Shown piece by piece: positions 41,866-51,682 of a stretch of 54,179 bases of DNA. The notes beneath the pieces were generated by a model. It had not been told where the DNA came from, ran no database searches, and was given only the letters and a program-made list of their open reading frames with translations. The translations under genes and the position numbers were made by a program. How positions within the stretch are numbered: the stretch's first letter is position 1; each line of letters opens with the position of its first letter. Source of the stretch: Candidatus Scybalocola fimicaballi (GTDB lineage: Bacteria > Bacteroidota > Bacteroidia > Bacteroidales > Paludibacteraceae); NCBI GenBank assembly GCA_018066165.1, contig JAGHRX010000099.1:1-54179 (forward strand), in the 5' to 3' direction.

Positions 41866-43374
41866 TTATTCCCATTTGAAAATATCCTCTTTAGACAAAG
41901 GTCTTTCCTTTTCTCTCCAGTTGAAACCTCTTAGTGTCTTTTCCTTCTCTGGTATTCTTCCCGGAGGATACATTGTGCCTTTTGATTCCGGAGTCATCTT
42001 GATCCTATCCATTTTTTTGTTGTTCAAGAAAATCGATAGCATCTGTCCTTCACACTTATTGATTCCGATTAGTTTGTTGTAGTCGTCTTGAGCATAGTAA
42101 ACGGATGTCGCGTTGCCCATCATATCAAGGTGGTCGAGATAACTCTTCTCGAAATAGCCTTTGGCTTCGCGTCCGTTAAGCTGGTCGAAACAGTCGATGG
42201 CCTGCTGCTGGATCACGAATGCGTTGCCACGGATATGCATCCAGTTAGGCTTGTTGTTTTTCGTGAAGATCTTGATGGTATCGCCTGTTATCTGGCTCTC
42301 ATCCGACCATAGCACTGGATTGCCGTCGAGACGGATCAAAGAATCCAATTCTATATACGACATGGAATCTCCCTTTGCCTGCATATCGTTGCTGAATAGC
42401 TTGACGTGGTGGAAAGCATAAAGCTCTCTCTTTGTTGTGTCGACGGGGGATTGATGGTACTTGATGGTGTCTCCGTGAACGAACATTGTGTCGTCTGGGT
42501 TAGAGAAGTCCATCATGCATGCTTTGCCCACTACGAGTCCGCTGTTTGGATTGTTCTGCATCCACGCGTAATCGCCGGAAAAACCGGTATGCGATGAGTC
42601 GTCGAGTGCCAACGCGTCGCCCCACATCTCCACTATGTTAGTCAAACTTGAGAAGTGGATGGAGTCGGCTGTCATCTTGGATCCTTTCTTGCTTGTCAAG
42701 ACGGAATGGTTGTAAAGTCTACCATATCTGTCGACGGTGTTTGTCCAGGCGTGGGTTGTCTCAATCGTATAGTCGGTGTGGTAGATTGTCGACGGTCCGA
42801 ACACGGATGAGATATTCTGTTTCTGGTCAAACTTCAACGAGTCTGTCAGAATCTTAGTCTCTCCGCTTACCATTGTGACGTTGCCTTTGAAGAACGACAC
42901 CTTGCTATTAGGGTAGTAGTAGCCTACTTTTGATACGATATCAAACTGTGGATCGACGAGATGGCCGCCGTCTGCGTAATAGCCGTAGTTGGCGTCACGG
43001 TAGTAGTCGAGCCAGTCGGTAGTCAGTGTCATGCCACCGTTGTGAAGCTCCGCCCCACCACGCACTTTGATTATTCGTGTGTTGCCATCGTAATACATCG
43101 AGTTGGATGTCATCGTCATGGTGTCCTGCACCACACGACAGTTGCCGAAAGCGTCAAACGAATTGTTGGTGTCGTAGAAATACGCACTGTCGCAGTACAT
43201 CACAGCGTCGTCGTGGCGGAATCTTACGTTTCCACGCAGAATCTGATAGTCACGCCCGTGCTCCTTGTCGAAGGATAGCTCCTCGCTATTCTCAAGGATC
43301 ACATTGGTTGCCGCATTTGCTGAAACTGCAAAAATGCAGAGTAAATATAAATATGTCTTTTTTAATAGACTCAT
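41866..43374 (-). CDS. OstA/LptA-like beta-jellyroll repeat protein
   Basis: Signal peptide followed by repeated LptA/OstA-like segments (RGNVRFRHDDAVMYCDSAYFY...). Confidence 0.6.
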   Translation of the reverse strand: MSLLKKTYLYLLCIFAVSANAATNVILENSEELSFDKEHGRDYQILRGNVRFRHDDAVMYCDSAYFYDTNNSFDAFGNCRVVQDTMTMTSNSMYYDGNTRIIKVRGGAELHNGGMTLTTDWLDYYRDANYGYYADGGHLVDPQFDIVSKVGYYYPNSKVSFFKGNVTMVSGETKILTDSLKFDQKQNISSVFGPSTIYHTDYTIETTHAWTNTVDRYGRLYNHSVLTSKKGSKMTADSIHFSSLTNIVEMWGDALALDDSSHTGFSGDYAWMQNNPNSGLVVGKACMMDFSNPDDTMFVHGDTIKYHQSPVDTTKRELYAFHHVKLFSNDMQAKGDSMSYIELDSLIRLDGNPVLWSDESQITGDTIKIFTKNNKPNWMHIRGNAFVIQQQAIDCFDQLNGREAKGYFEKSYLDHLDMMGNATSVYYAQDDYNKLIGINKCEGQMLSIFLNNKKMDRIKMTPESKGTMYPPGRIPEKEKTLRGFNWREKERPLSKEDIFKWE

Positions 43375-43394
43375 ATTATTATCTATCGGATCTT

Positions 43395-44744
43395 TTATTT
43401 AATCCAACCTTCATGCTGGAAGTCACATTTCTTCCAATTCTCATCGATACGGACGTAAGTCTTCTTCTGCTTCTTCGCAATCCAGTTGTCCAATTTCTCC
43501 TGCTTCTTATGTGCCTCATACATGTTCTTAAGAAGCGCGAAGTCGTGGCTCATGTCGGCCTTGTGCGCTTTTGTCTTGCTCTTTAGTTTGGCGATACAAT
43601 AAACCTGCTTTCCCGAACGGTCAACCATTAGGAATGGCTTTGATATCTCACCCTCTTCCAAAGAGTAGACTGCTCTGCCGACCTCCTGAGGAAGCTCCTG
43701 CATCTGATGCTTAGTCGAGCCTGTCTGCATGTTAGTAAGGATACCCGAACAGTTGCGAGTGTTCTTGTCTGTAGAGTAGAGCGCCACACACTGCTCGAAT
43801 GTGAATTTCTTTTCGTTGATCACGTTGGCGATACTGTCGATACGCTCTTTCGCCTTGTTCATATTCTCCAAAGATGCTTTAGGCTTAAGAAGGATATGTC
43901 GTGTGTTCACTTTCTCGTCTTTTCTTTCGATAAGCTGGATAAGGTGGAATCCAAACTCACTCTCTACAATCTTAGAGATTTTGCCTGGCTCGTACATTGC
44001 AAATGCGACGTCGGCAAATTCTTTTACCAACTGACCTCTTCCCATGAATCCAAGTTCACCGCCTCTCTTTGCACTCTCTGTGTCTTCAGAGTAGAAGATA
44101 GCCAATGTAGAGAATGAAGTGCTGCCGTCGTCACAACGTTTCTGGAAATCACGTAGCTTATCCTTCACCTCCTCAATCTCTTCTTTAGTGATGAATGGCT
44201 CGACTGTCAGAATCTGCACCTCCACCTGATTAGGAATGTTAGGTAGGCTGTCTTCTGGAAGATTGTTGACGAACTTGCGGATTTCTGCAGGAGTGGACTG
44301 AACGTGGCCGACGATCTTGTTCTGCACCTGCTGCACCAACTGCTGAGTGCGGACCATATCTTTCAACTCTGTGCGGATATCCTCGTAGTCTTTCATGAAA
44401 TACTCAGCGAGTTTTTCCTTTGAGCCGATCTGTCCCACCATATAGCTTAGACGCATCTCCACCTGTTGGTCGACCTGTTTCTCGTCTGCCTCGATACTGT
44501 CGATTTTAGCCTGGTCGAGGAACAGTTTTGTAAGGGCCATCTGTTCTGGAATATAGCAGTAGGGATCACCGTTGATTTTCTCTCCCTCCATCTGCATGCG
44601 GACTTTCTGCTCCTCCACGTCTGATTTAAGGATAATCTCGTCGCCGACAATCCATGCAATCTCATCTACGATGTTGCTTTGTGAAAATGCTGACACTGCA
44701 AGGTTCAGCCAAAACAATATGGAAATAAATTTTATCTTTTTCAT
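43395..44744 (-). CDS. SurA-like periplasmic chaperone / parvulin-type PPIase
   Basis: Signal peptide and a parvulin domain (GGELGFMGRGQLVKEFADVAF ... ESEFGFHLIQLIERK). Confidence 0.8.
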   Translation of the reverse strand: MKKIKFISILFWLNLAVSAFSQSNIVDEIAWIVGDEIILKSDVEEQKVRMQMEGEKINGDPYCYIPEQMALTKLFLDQAKIDSIEADEKQVDQQVEMRLSYMVGQIGSKEKLAEYFMKDYEDIRTELKDMVRTQQLVQQVQNKIVGHVQSTPAEIRKFVNNLPEDSLPNIPNQVEVQILTVEPFITKEEIEEVKDKLRDFQKRCDDGSTSFSTLAIFYSEDTESAKRGGELGFMGRGQLVKEFADVAFAMYEPGKISKIVESEFGFHLIQLIERKDEKVNTRHILLKPKASLENMNKAKERIDSIANVINEKKFTFEQCVALYSTDKNTRNCSGILTNMQTGSTKHQMQELPQEVGRAVYSLEEGEISKPFLMVDRSGKQVYCIAKLKSKTKAHKADMSHDFALLKNMYEAHKKQEKLDNWIAKKQKKTYVRIDENWKKCDFQHEGWIK

Positions 44745-45604
44745 TTTTTCTCGTTTCTGATCAAAGCTTTCGACTTGATAGCTTCGTTGTAAGCGTCGTC
44801 TGCAAGTTTACGTAAGAAATTAGCTTTCTTCTGCTCAATCATCATGTTTTCGATTCTCTCCTTCACGTAGACGAAAGGCTGTTTGTCTCCGACCTTGATG
44901 TGGTCCTGAACCACAAGGATATAGATGTTTTCCTCATCAGTACTCTCGAAATGGTTCTTCTGCTCAAAAGAGTGAGTACGAGAGATATCGGACATTCCAA
45001 GACGCTGGACAGCTGCGATAGGAGTCCATTCGCTGTCGAAATATTTGACCTTCAGGCTATATTTGGTTGCGATGGGCTCAATGGCACTGATGCTGATTTC
45101 TGCGAACTTAAGCAATGGGTTGATTTCTGCCTTTGCCTGCGACTTCACTGGCATAGTGATGAAGATTCCGTTGAACAGAGTCTCGTGAGCGGTGTAAAGG
45201 TCTGCGTTGTTATTGTAGAATTCAATAAGGTCAGCTTCTTTGATAGGGTTGCTTAGTTTCTCACGTATCAAATGCTGCTGATATTCGTAGATCATCAACG
45301 ACTTACGGTATTTCTCAACAAGCAGATCAACCTCTTCTGTCTCTGTGATGTTTTCTTCCGCTTTTTGGTATAGAAGTTCCTCCACCGCCCAGTTGCGGAT
45401 GTAGTTGTCGATGCTCTTTATACTGTCCTCGTACGACATGTCTGGAGAAAGGACACTTTTGACATCGTCCTCGTATAAAGGTTTGCCGTTCAACTCTGCA
45501 ATAGGCGCAACTCCTTTACCGAAGTATTTACATGACGAAAAGCAGCACATAGAAGTAAGTGCTGCTATTCCGATCATTTCAAATATTTTTTTTGTGTTTG
45601 CCAT
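44741..45604 (-). CDS. SurA N-terminal-domain-like chaperone lipoprotein (no clear rotamase signature)
   Basis: Lipobox CFSSC and a helical SurA-N-like composition. It is sandwiched between two parvulin genes, with an ATGA overlap to the downstream gene. Confidence 0.45.
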   Translation of the reverse strand: MANTKKIFEMIGIAALTSMCCFSSCKYFGKGVAPIAELNGKPLYEDDVKSVLSPDMSYEDSIKSIDNYIRNWAVEELLYQKAEENITETEEVDLLVEKYRKSLMIYEYQQHLIREKLSNPIKEADLIEFYNNNADLYTAHETLFNGIFITMPVKSQAKAEINPLLKFAEISISAIEPIATKYSLKVKYFDSEWTPIAAVQRLGMSDISRTHSFEQKNHFESTDEENIYILVVQDHIKVGDKQPFVYVKERIENMMIEQKKANFLRKLADDAYNEAIKSKALIRNEKK

Positions 45605-45606
45605 AT

Positions 45607-47604
45607 TTAATGGTTATTCACTGTTTTGTAAACGTCTTCTTTAATGATCACTGGATAGATTCGTCGGTTTCTGTTGATCCAATTCTTCTCTAATTCTTTC
45701 TGGTAGTCGGCGATTACCTTACCCTTCACCAAAGTATGCCACTGTGGAATCTTCGACTCGTTTCCGTATAGGTAGACGATTGGGTATTTCTCAACCTCTA
45801 CTGTAGAGTCGGCTGGAATTGTCTTGAAGTAATACTTGTCAAGGATGGCGTTCTCGCCGGCTTTCCAAGCTCCCTTCTTGGCCATAAATCCGCTCCAAAC
45901 GTTTTCTCTGACAAGCTCATAGAAGTTGAAAGCGTCCATGTTAGGGTTCTTTGCCGCATAATTCTTGATCTTCTTTAAAGTATCTTTGTTTGCGACCGAG
46001 TAGATGATTCCTACCCATTTTGGCTCGTCATACTGGTAATTCTCTTTTCTTGCGCGGAAGAACTTAGACAAACTGTCTGGCTTTGTCGACTTGTGTCCCC
46101 AGATGTTGTGCTCGCTTGCTGCGTACACTAACAGACCATCGCTGTACTCCTTCAAAGCGTAGACGAATTCCTTGTTCTTCTTCGCAATGTTCAACAACTC
46201 GCTGTTCAATGCGTCTCCGTCTACTCTGCTATAGATATAGTTGAGCATGTTCTGCTTGTACGATAGGTTTGTGTCGATAGGAATGGAAGTCTTAATGTAT
46301 CTGTCAATAGTCTTTTCTCTATATGAAGCCTGGAACTTTATAAGATCATCTCTGAAAATCTCTGTTGTGACATCATCGCCATTGTAGACGTACCATGTTC
46401 CGTCGATTTTGTTCAAAGAGTCTTTCATGTCATTTGAGTCTGTGAACTCATATTTTGTGACAAGATTAAGAATTGAGTCGTTGACTGCAAATCCGCGTCT
46501 TTCACGAAGGTTGACTGCGACTTTTCCCTTTACTGCCTCGTAGCGGTCTCCGCTCATGACTCTTTTCTTCAAAGCCTCATATTTGGCACTGTCAAGAGGC
46601 ACTGCTGTCTCCATCTTGTTTACCTTGAAAATATGGTGTCCGAACTGGCTCTTGAATTTCTGGATGTCTCCTACAGGCATCTTGAATAGCTTGTCCACAA
46701 CTTCCTGAGGATACATTCCGTTGTCCTTCACAACCATGTGCCCTTTGTCTTTCTTCGCGTTGCCCTTCATGGAATATTTTGTGACAACCTTGTCGAATTT
46801 TTTGCTCTTCTTAGCACTTGCGAACACGGAATCAACGTATGTCTCACGTGTTTCTATAGGGAAGAAGATTTCTTGTGCCTCTACACTTATCGCTCTTGGA
46901 CGACGGTCGTGAATGTAGACGATGTGATATCCGAACTGAGTTGTGAATGGCTCGCTGAACTCTCCGACTGGAGTGGTGTATGCCACTGTCTCGAAATCGT
47001 AGACCATGTCAAAAACAGAGAACTCTCCCAAGAATCCTCCTCTTGCGGCACTACCGCAATCTGAGTTGGCCTTCGCCAAATCGAAAAACTTCTCGCCTTT
47101 CTTTAGACGGGCGTATATGTCCTCAATCTTCTTTCTTGATTTCTCGTTGACTCCCTTGATAAGGATATGGCTTGCTGTCACGTACTCCTGCTCACGTCTG
47201 TAAGCCTCGTTGACGAACTGCTTCTCCAAAGTCTTGTCGATCATATATGGGTAAGCCAAATGCTTTGCGTACGACTCAAGCTCATTTGTATATGTGTTAA
47301 GCTTCAATTCTGGGAATGTCTTTGTCGCGTCAAATGCTTTCAACTTGTAGTTGATGAACAACTCTTTGTATTCATCCACGCTCATAGGACCATCAAGCGA
47401 GATATTGTTGTTCTTGTTGTACATGTACTCGAATTCTCCTCGTGTGATAGTGTCGTGTCTGTACGCGTCATTTCCGATGACCATAAGGACTGGATCGTCC
47501 GACTTGTTTAGAGTTTTCATCAATGATGGAAGATTGATGTCTACCGCAGATGCATTGACGCTTGCAAGCACACAAGCCGAAACCATGTATTTTGCTATAC
47601 TCAT
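45607..47604 (-). CDS. Parvulin-type peptidyl-prolyl isomerase (PpiD/SurA-like, 665 aa)
   Basis: Signal peptide and a parvulin domain (ASHILIKG...GGFLGEFSVFDMVYDFE...QFGYHIVYIHDRR). Confidence 0.75.
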   Translation of the reverse strand: MSIAKYMVSACVLASVNASAVDINLPSLMKTLNKSDDPVLMVIGNDAYRHDTITRGEFEYMYNKNNNISLDGPMSVDEYKELFINYKLKAFDATKTFPELKLNTYTNELESYAKHLAYPYMIDKTLEKQFVNEAYRREQEYVTASHILIKGVNEKSRKKIEDIYARLKKGEKFFDLAKANSDCGSAARGGFLGEFSVFDMVYDFETVAYTTPVGEFSEPFTTQFGYHIVYIHDRRPRAISVEAQEIFFPIETRETYVDSVFASAKKSKKFDKVVTKYSMKGNAKKDKGHMVVKDNGMYPQEVVDKLFKMPVGDIQKFKSQFGHHIFKVNKMETAVPLDSAKYEALKKRVMSGDRYEAVKGKVAVNLRERRGFAVNDSILNLVTKYEFTDSNDMKDSLNKIDGTWYVYNGDDVTTEIFRDDLIKFQASYREKTIDRYIKTSIPIDTNLSYKQNMLNYIYSRVDGDALNSELLNIAKKNKEFVYALKEYSDGLLVYAASEHNIWGHKSTKPDSLSKFFRARKENYQYDEPKWVGIIYSVANKDTLKKIKNYAAKNPNMDAFNFYELVRENVWSGFMAKKGAWKAGENAILDKYYFKTIPADSTVEVEKYPIVYLYGNESKIPQWHTLVKGKVIADYQKELEKNWINRNRRIYPVIIKEDVYKTVNNH

Positions 47605-47627
47605 TTCTCGTAAGTTTTATTATTTTG

Positions 47628-47635
47628 CAAATTTA
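47628..47635 (-). promoter_or_regulatory. -7 box TAAATTTG (minus strand) for the PPIase operon
   Basis: Perfect TAnnTTTG 24 nt upstream of the ATG at 47604. Confidence 0.45.
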
Positions 47636-47880
47636 TCATTTTTTTTCTCTTTAATCATAATTAAAAGCTAAATTGAGCCTTAAAGAAGTGCTCTTTTTGT
47701 AATAACGTTGAAAATTGCTTCTTTATTTTATGCTATTTTGTGCTATTCAACATTATTTGTAAACTTTTTTTCTTACATTTGTCGCCGATAATATTTATGC
47801 TAAATGGTTTATGGCGAGGTATGTATCACTGTTGTAAAAGGGGGTGAGGATGTTTCGGCCATGAATATAATCCTTTTTTG

Positions 47881-49752
47881 ATGGCAACATTCGAAGAATT
47901 GGGTTTCAAAAATGAAATCCTAAAGGCTGTCTCCGACATGGGTTTTGTCGAGGCTATGCCGATCCAGGAGAAGGTTACTCCTTTTTTGCTAAGTGATGAC
48001 GACAGAGACTTGGTGGCTCTGGCCCAAACCGGAACTGGTAAGACCGCAGGTTTTGGTCTGCCGGTACTTCAACTTACTGATGATTCCCGCAATCAGATCC
48101 AAACATTGATTCTTGCTCCTACACGTGAGCTATGCGTACAGATCAGCAACGATCTGAAAAATTTCGCAAAGTACACTAAGGTTAAGGTTGTCCCTGTATA
48201 CGGTGGTGAAAGCATCATCCGCCAGTTTAAGGACCTTGATGTGCAGCCGCAGATCCTTGTGGCTACACCTGGTCGTCTTATCGACCTTATCGACCGTAAG
48301 AAAGTGCATCTTGAAAATGTGAAGTTCCTTGTTCTCGACGAGGCTGACGAGATGCTCAACATGGGTTTCAAGGACGATATAGAAAGAATCTTCAGCGAGA
48401 TTCCTGAGGATCACCGTACTCTTCTTTTCTCGGCTACTATGCCGAAAGAGATTGCCAATATCGCCAAAAACTACATGAAGAACCATGTGGAGATCGCTAT
48501 TGGTAAGAAAAACTCTGGCTCGGAAAACGTCAGCCATATTTACTATATGGTTGCTGCAAAAAACCGTTACGCTTGTCTGAAGCGTGTAGTCGACCTTAAT
48601 CCGGATATCTACGGAATTGTGTTCTGCCGCACTCGTCAGGAGACTAAAGATATTGCTGAGGCTTTGATGAAGGACGGCTACAATGCCGACGCTCTTCATG
48701 GCGATTTGTCGCAGGCTCAGCGTGACGCTGTGATGCAGAAGTTCAGAATCAAGAATCTTCAGCTTTTGGTTGCTACCGACGTGGCTGCCCGTGGATTGGA
48801 CGTGAATAATCTTACTCACGTTATCAACTACTGTTTGCCTGACGACGTGGAGAGCTACACTCACCGAAGCGGCCGTACTGGTAGAGCTGGACGTACAGGC
48901 GTCTCAATCAGTATCCTTCATTTGCGTGAGAAGGGCAAGATCCGTGAGATTGAGAAGATCATAGGCAAGGAGTTCGAGAAGAAGGATGTCCCTTCTGGAA
49001 TCGAGGTTTGCTCTGCTCAGTTGAAGTCTATCCTAAATAAATTGAAGACAGTTGAGATCAACGAGGATCAGGTGTCCCAATACCTTGATATGGCTTACAC
49101 AGAACTTGATGGTATGAGCCGTGAGGATATCATCAAGCATTTCGTATCATTGCAGTTCAACCAGTTTATCGAGTACTACAAGGATGCTGAGGATATCAAC
49201 ATCTCTGAGCGTCCGGAGCGTGGTGAGCGTGGCGGACGTGACAGAAAGGGTAGACGTGGAGGTGACGATTTCGAAGGCAAGGAGAAGAAGGGATTGCGTG
49301 GCGGATATACACGTCCTGACTTCACTCGCTTGAAAATAAATAAGGGAGAGAACGTAGGATTCACTCCAAAGAAAGTGCTTGGCTTGATCAACGACACGGT
49401 CAACGACAAGCAGATCAGCATCCGTGATATCGAGATCACTCCTCGTTATACATTCTTCGATGTGCCAAACTCACATGTCCAGAAGATGTTCAAGGCATTC
49501 AACGAGGTTCACCGTGGCAGCGATATTGTTTTGGCTGAGGTGCAGGGAGAGCAGCGTGGACGCAGCCGCAACAGCGAAAGACGCAACAAAGATTTTGGAG
49601 ACAAGGAGTTCGGCGGAAAGCGCAAGCGTGAGGAACGCAAGCACGACGATGACGAATGGGCTTACAAGAAACCAAGACACGAAAGACGAGGTGCTCCTTC
49701 CGACAACAGAAAAAGAAAGAAGGAAGGACAGCGTCGTAATAAGTATAATTAA
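47881..49752 (+). CDS. DEAD-box ATP-dependent RNA helicase (DeaD/CsdA-like) with a DbpA-type RNA-binding domain and a basic tail
   Basis: AQTGTGKT, VLDEADEM, SAT and HRSGRTGRAG motifs, plus an Arg/Lys-rich C-terminus. The track start at 47878 is TTG, so I prefer the ATG at 47881. Confidence 0.9.
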   Translation: MATFEELGFKNEILKAVSDMGFVEAMPIQEKVTPFLLSDDDRDLVALAQTGTGKTAGFGLPVLQLTDDSRNQIQTLILAPTRELCVQISNDLKNFAKYTKVKVVPVYGGESIIRQFKDLDVQPQILVATPGRLIDLIDRKKVHLENVKFLVLDEADEMLNMGFKDDIERIFSEIPEDHRTLLFSATMPKEIANIAKNYMKNHVEIAIGKKNSGSENVSHIYYMVAAKNRYACLKRVVDLNPDIYGIVFCRTRQETKDIAEALMKDGYNADALHGDLSQAQRDAVMQKFRIKNLQLLVATDVAARGLDVNNLTHVINYCLPDDVESYTHRSGRTGRAGRTGVSISILHLREKGKIREIEKIIGKEFEKKDVPSGIEVCSAQLKSILNKLKTVEINEDQVSQYLDMAYTELDGMSREDIIKHFVSLQFNQFIEYYKDAEDINISERPERGERGGRDRKGRRGGDDFEGKEKKGLRGGYTRPDFTRLKINKGENVGFTPKKVLGLINDTVNDKQISIRDIEITPRYTFFDVPNSHVQKMFKAFNEVHRGSDIVLAEVQGEQRGRSRNSERRNKDFGDKEFGGKRKREERKHDDDEWAYKKPRHERRGAPSDNRKRKKEGQRRNKYN

Positions 49753-49816
49753 CGAAAACGAAAACGAAGACGAAAATCGTTTTGGTTATCGTTTTCGTTT
49801 TGGTTATCGTTTTCGT
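49751..49816. repeat. Hexamer-phased NACGWW array in inverted configuration
   Basis: AACGAA AACGAA AACGAA GACGAA AATCGT TTTGGT TATCGT TTTCGT TTTGGT TATCGT TTTCGT. The two arms are imperfectly complementary. It starts inside the TAA stop of the helicase gene. Confidence 0.9.
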
Positions 49817-49827
49817 CAAATTAATAA

Positions 49828-50424
49828 ATGGAAGACAAGTATCTGACAATCAGTGGCCCGGCGGAGGGATTGTACAAAGAAAAGGGTAGTAAGTTTATTG
49901 CCTTTGCAATTCCTGTATCAAACGTCGAACAGATTAAGGCGATACTTGAGGAGAAACGTAAGGAGCATCACGACGCACGCCACGTCTGCTATGCCTATAT
50001 CTTAGGTGTGGATAAGGCGGATTATCGCAGCAATGATGATGGAGAACCGTCGGGTACGGCTGGGCGTCCGATACTTGGATCACTTCTTTCGGCAGGAGTG
50101 ACGAATGTGTTGATTGCTGTGGTGCGATATTTCGGCGGGACAAAACTTGGCACGAGTGGTTTGATCAACGCCTACAAAGTGGCGTCGGCTGACGCTTTGG
50201 AGAATGCTGAGATCATAGAGAAGACTGTGGATGTGGAGATTCATGTCACTTTTGATTATCTGGTGATGAATGATGTGATGAAGATAATAAAGGATGTCGC
50301 TCCACAGGTGTTGTCGCAACAGTTTGACAACGACTGCAAAATGGTGCTTTCCATTCGTCAGGGTGACGCTCCCAACTTGATTGAGAGACTGAAAAAAGTT
50401 GAATCACTCATGATTGAAGACTGA
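49828..50424 (+). CDS. yigZ: YigZ / IMPACT family protein
   Basis: KGSKFIAFAIPV, HVCYAY and GEPSGTAGRPIL motifs. Confidence 0.85.
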   Translation: MEDKYLTISGPAEGLYKEKGSKFIAFAIPVSNVEQIKAILEEKRKEHHDARHVCYAYILGVDKADYRSNDDGEPSGTAGRPILGSLLSAGVTNVLIAVVRYFGGTKLGTSGLINAYKVASADALENAEIIEKTVDVEIHVTFDYLVMNDVMKIIKDVAPQVLSQQFDNDCKMVLSIRQGDAPNLIERLKKVESLMIED

Positions 50425-50440
50425 CATAATTAATACTGAT

Positions 50441-50998
50441 ATGAAAAAATTTATTCTTTTGACATTAGTCTCTTTGATTGCGTCTTTCGCAATGGGAGAA
50501 GAGAAAAAGAAATCCAGCACGGCTGATATTCTTTCCAATATCTTGTCGAACACAGGAGGTGGTTATTCCTACGACACAGATGGCAACGGAAAATCACAGG
50601 GTTTTTGGCTGACAACTGGATATACATTCAGAGTAGATAACAAATTGTCGGTATCTCCACGTTTCGTCTACAACTGGGATAAATACAGCTGCAAGGACGG
50701 ATACTCCGCTGATTACAAGTCTGTCCGTATTCCGGTCAGAGCCGACTACAGCCTTCTCAGCAATAGCAGTATTTCTCTTGGAGCTTACGGAGGAGTGGAT
50801 GCTGAGAAAATCTTAAGAGTGTCGAACAACACTTATGGATACGACGTCCGACCATTCCAATGCTCTGTTTTTGCGGGAGCTTCAGGACGAATCGCCAATG
50901 TTGTGTCGGTAAATGTCGGCTATAGAATAGGTTTGCTTTCCTTCTATGAGGATGGCGTTGGAAGAAACAAAGGTTTTGAGTTTTCATTCAATTTCTAA
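50441..50998 (+). CDS. Small outer-membrane beta-barrel protein
   Basis: Signal peptide MKKFILLTLVSLIASFA, alternating beta-strand pattern and a C-terminal aromatic (FSFNF). I prefer the start at 50441 over the track start at 50414. Confidence 0.5.
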   Translation: MKKFILLTLVSLIASFAMGEEKKKSSTADILSNILSNTGGGYSYDTDGNGKSQGFWLTTGYTFRVDNKLSVSPRFVYNWDKYSCKDGYSADYKSVRIPVRADYSLLSNSSISLGAYGGVDAEKILRVSNNTYGYDVRPFQCSVFAGASGRIANVVSVNVGYRIGLLSFYEDGVGRNKGFEFSFNF

Positions 50999-51065
50999 CG
51001 ATAAAGAATCAGTTTTTGAAATAAAAAAACTAATTTTGACGGAGATTTTAATAAAATTAGATATA

Positions 51066-51674
51066 ATGAGCTTTAGTTCAGACGCAAACAAAATATTTAA
51101 TCAGGTTGTCGCAGACTATCACAAGAGCGACGACGTTGATGCTCAGATGAAGAATCCGTATCAGGCAGGTACGATTGAGGCGGTGTTATATTTGAAGAAT
51201 TGGATCGATTCAGTACAATGGCATTTGGAGGATATCATACGTGATCCGCAGATCGATCCAGTTGAGGCGTTGAAGATCAAGCGTCGTATTGATAAGTCGA
51301 ATCAGGATCGTACGGACCTTGTGGAGAGAATCGACAGTTATTTCTTGGAGAAATATCAGTCGGTGAATGTCAAGCCTACAGCTGTAATCAACACAGAGTC
51401 GCCAGCTTGGGCAATCGATCGTCTATCAATCCTGGCGTTGAAGATTTATCATATGCAGGCTGAGGTAGACCGTAAGGATGTCGACGCTGCTCATATCGAG
51501 GCATGTCAGAAAAAGCTGAATGTTCTTCTTGAGCAGAGAGTTGATTTGTCGTCGGCTATCGATCAGTTGATTTTAGACATTGAAAACGGAGATCGCTACA
51601 TGAAGGTCTACAAGCAGATGAAAATGTACAACGATCCAAATCTTAACCCTGTGCTTTACGCAGCAGGCAAGTAG
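51066..51674 (+). CDS. DUF4254-like protein
   Basis: About 200 aa and helical. It lies directly upstream of a GT9 heptosyltransferase, as is typical for DUF4254 in Bacteroidetes. The family call is from memory. Confidence 0.5.
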   Translation: MSFSSDANKIFNQVVADYHKSDDVDAQMKNPYQAGTIEAVLYLKNWIDSVQWHLEDIIRDPQIDPVEALKIKRRIDKSNQDRTDLVERIDSYFLEKYQSVNVKPTAVINTESPAWAIDRLSILALKIYHMQAEVDRKDVDAAHIEACQKKLNVLLEQRVDLSSAIDQLILDIENGDRYMKVYKQMKMYNDPNLNPVLYAAGK

Positions 51675-51682
51675 GCAATATA

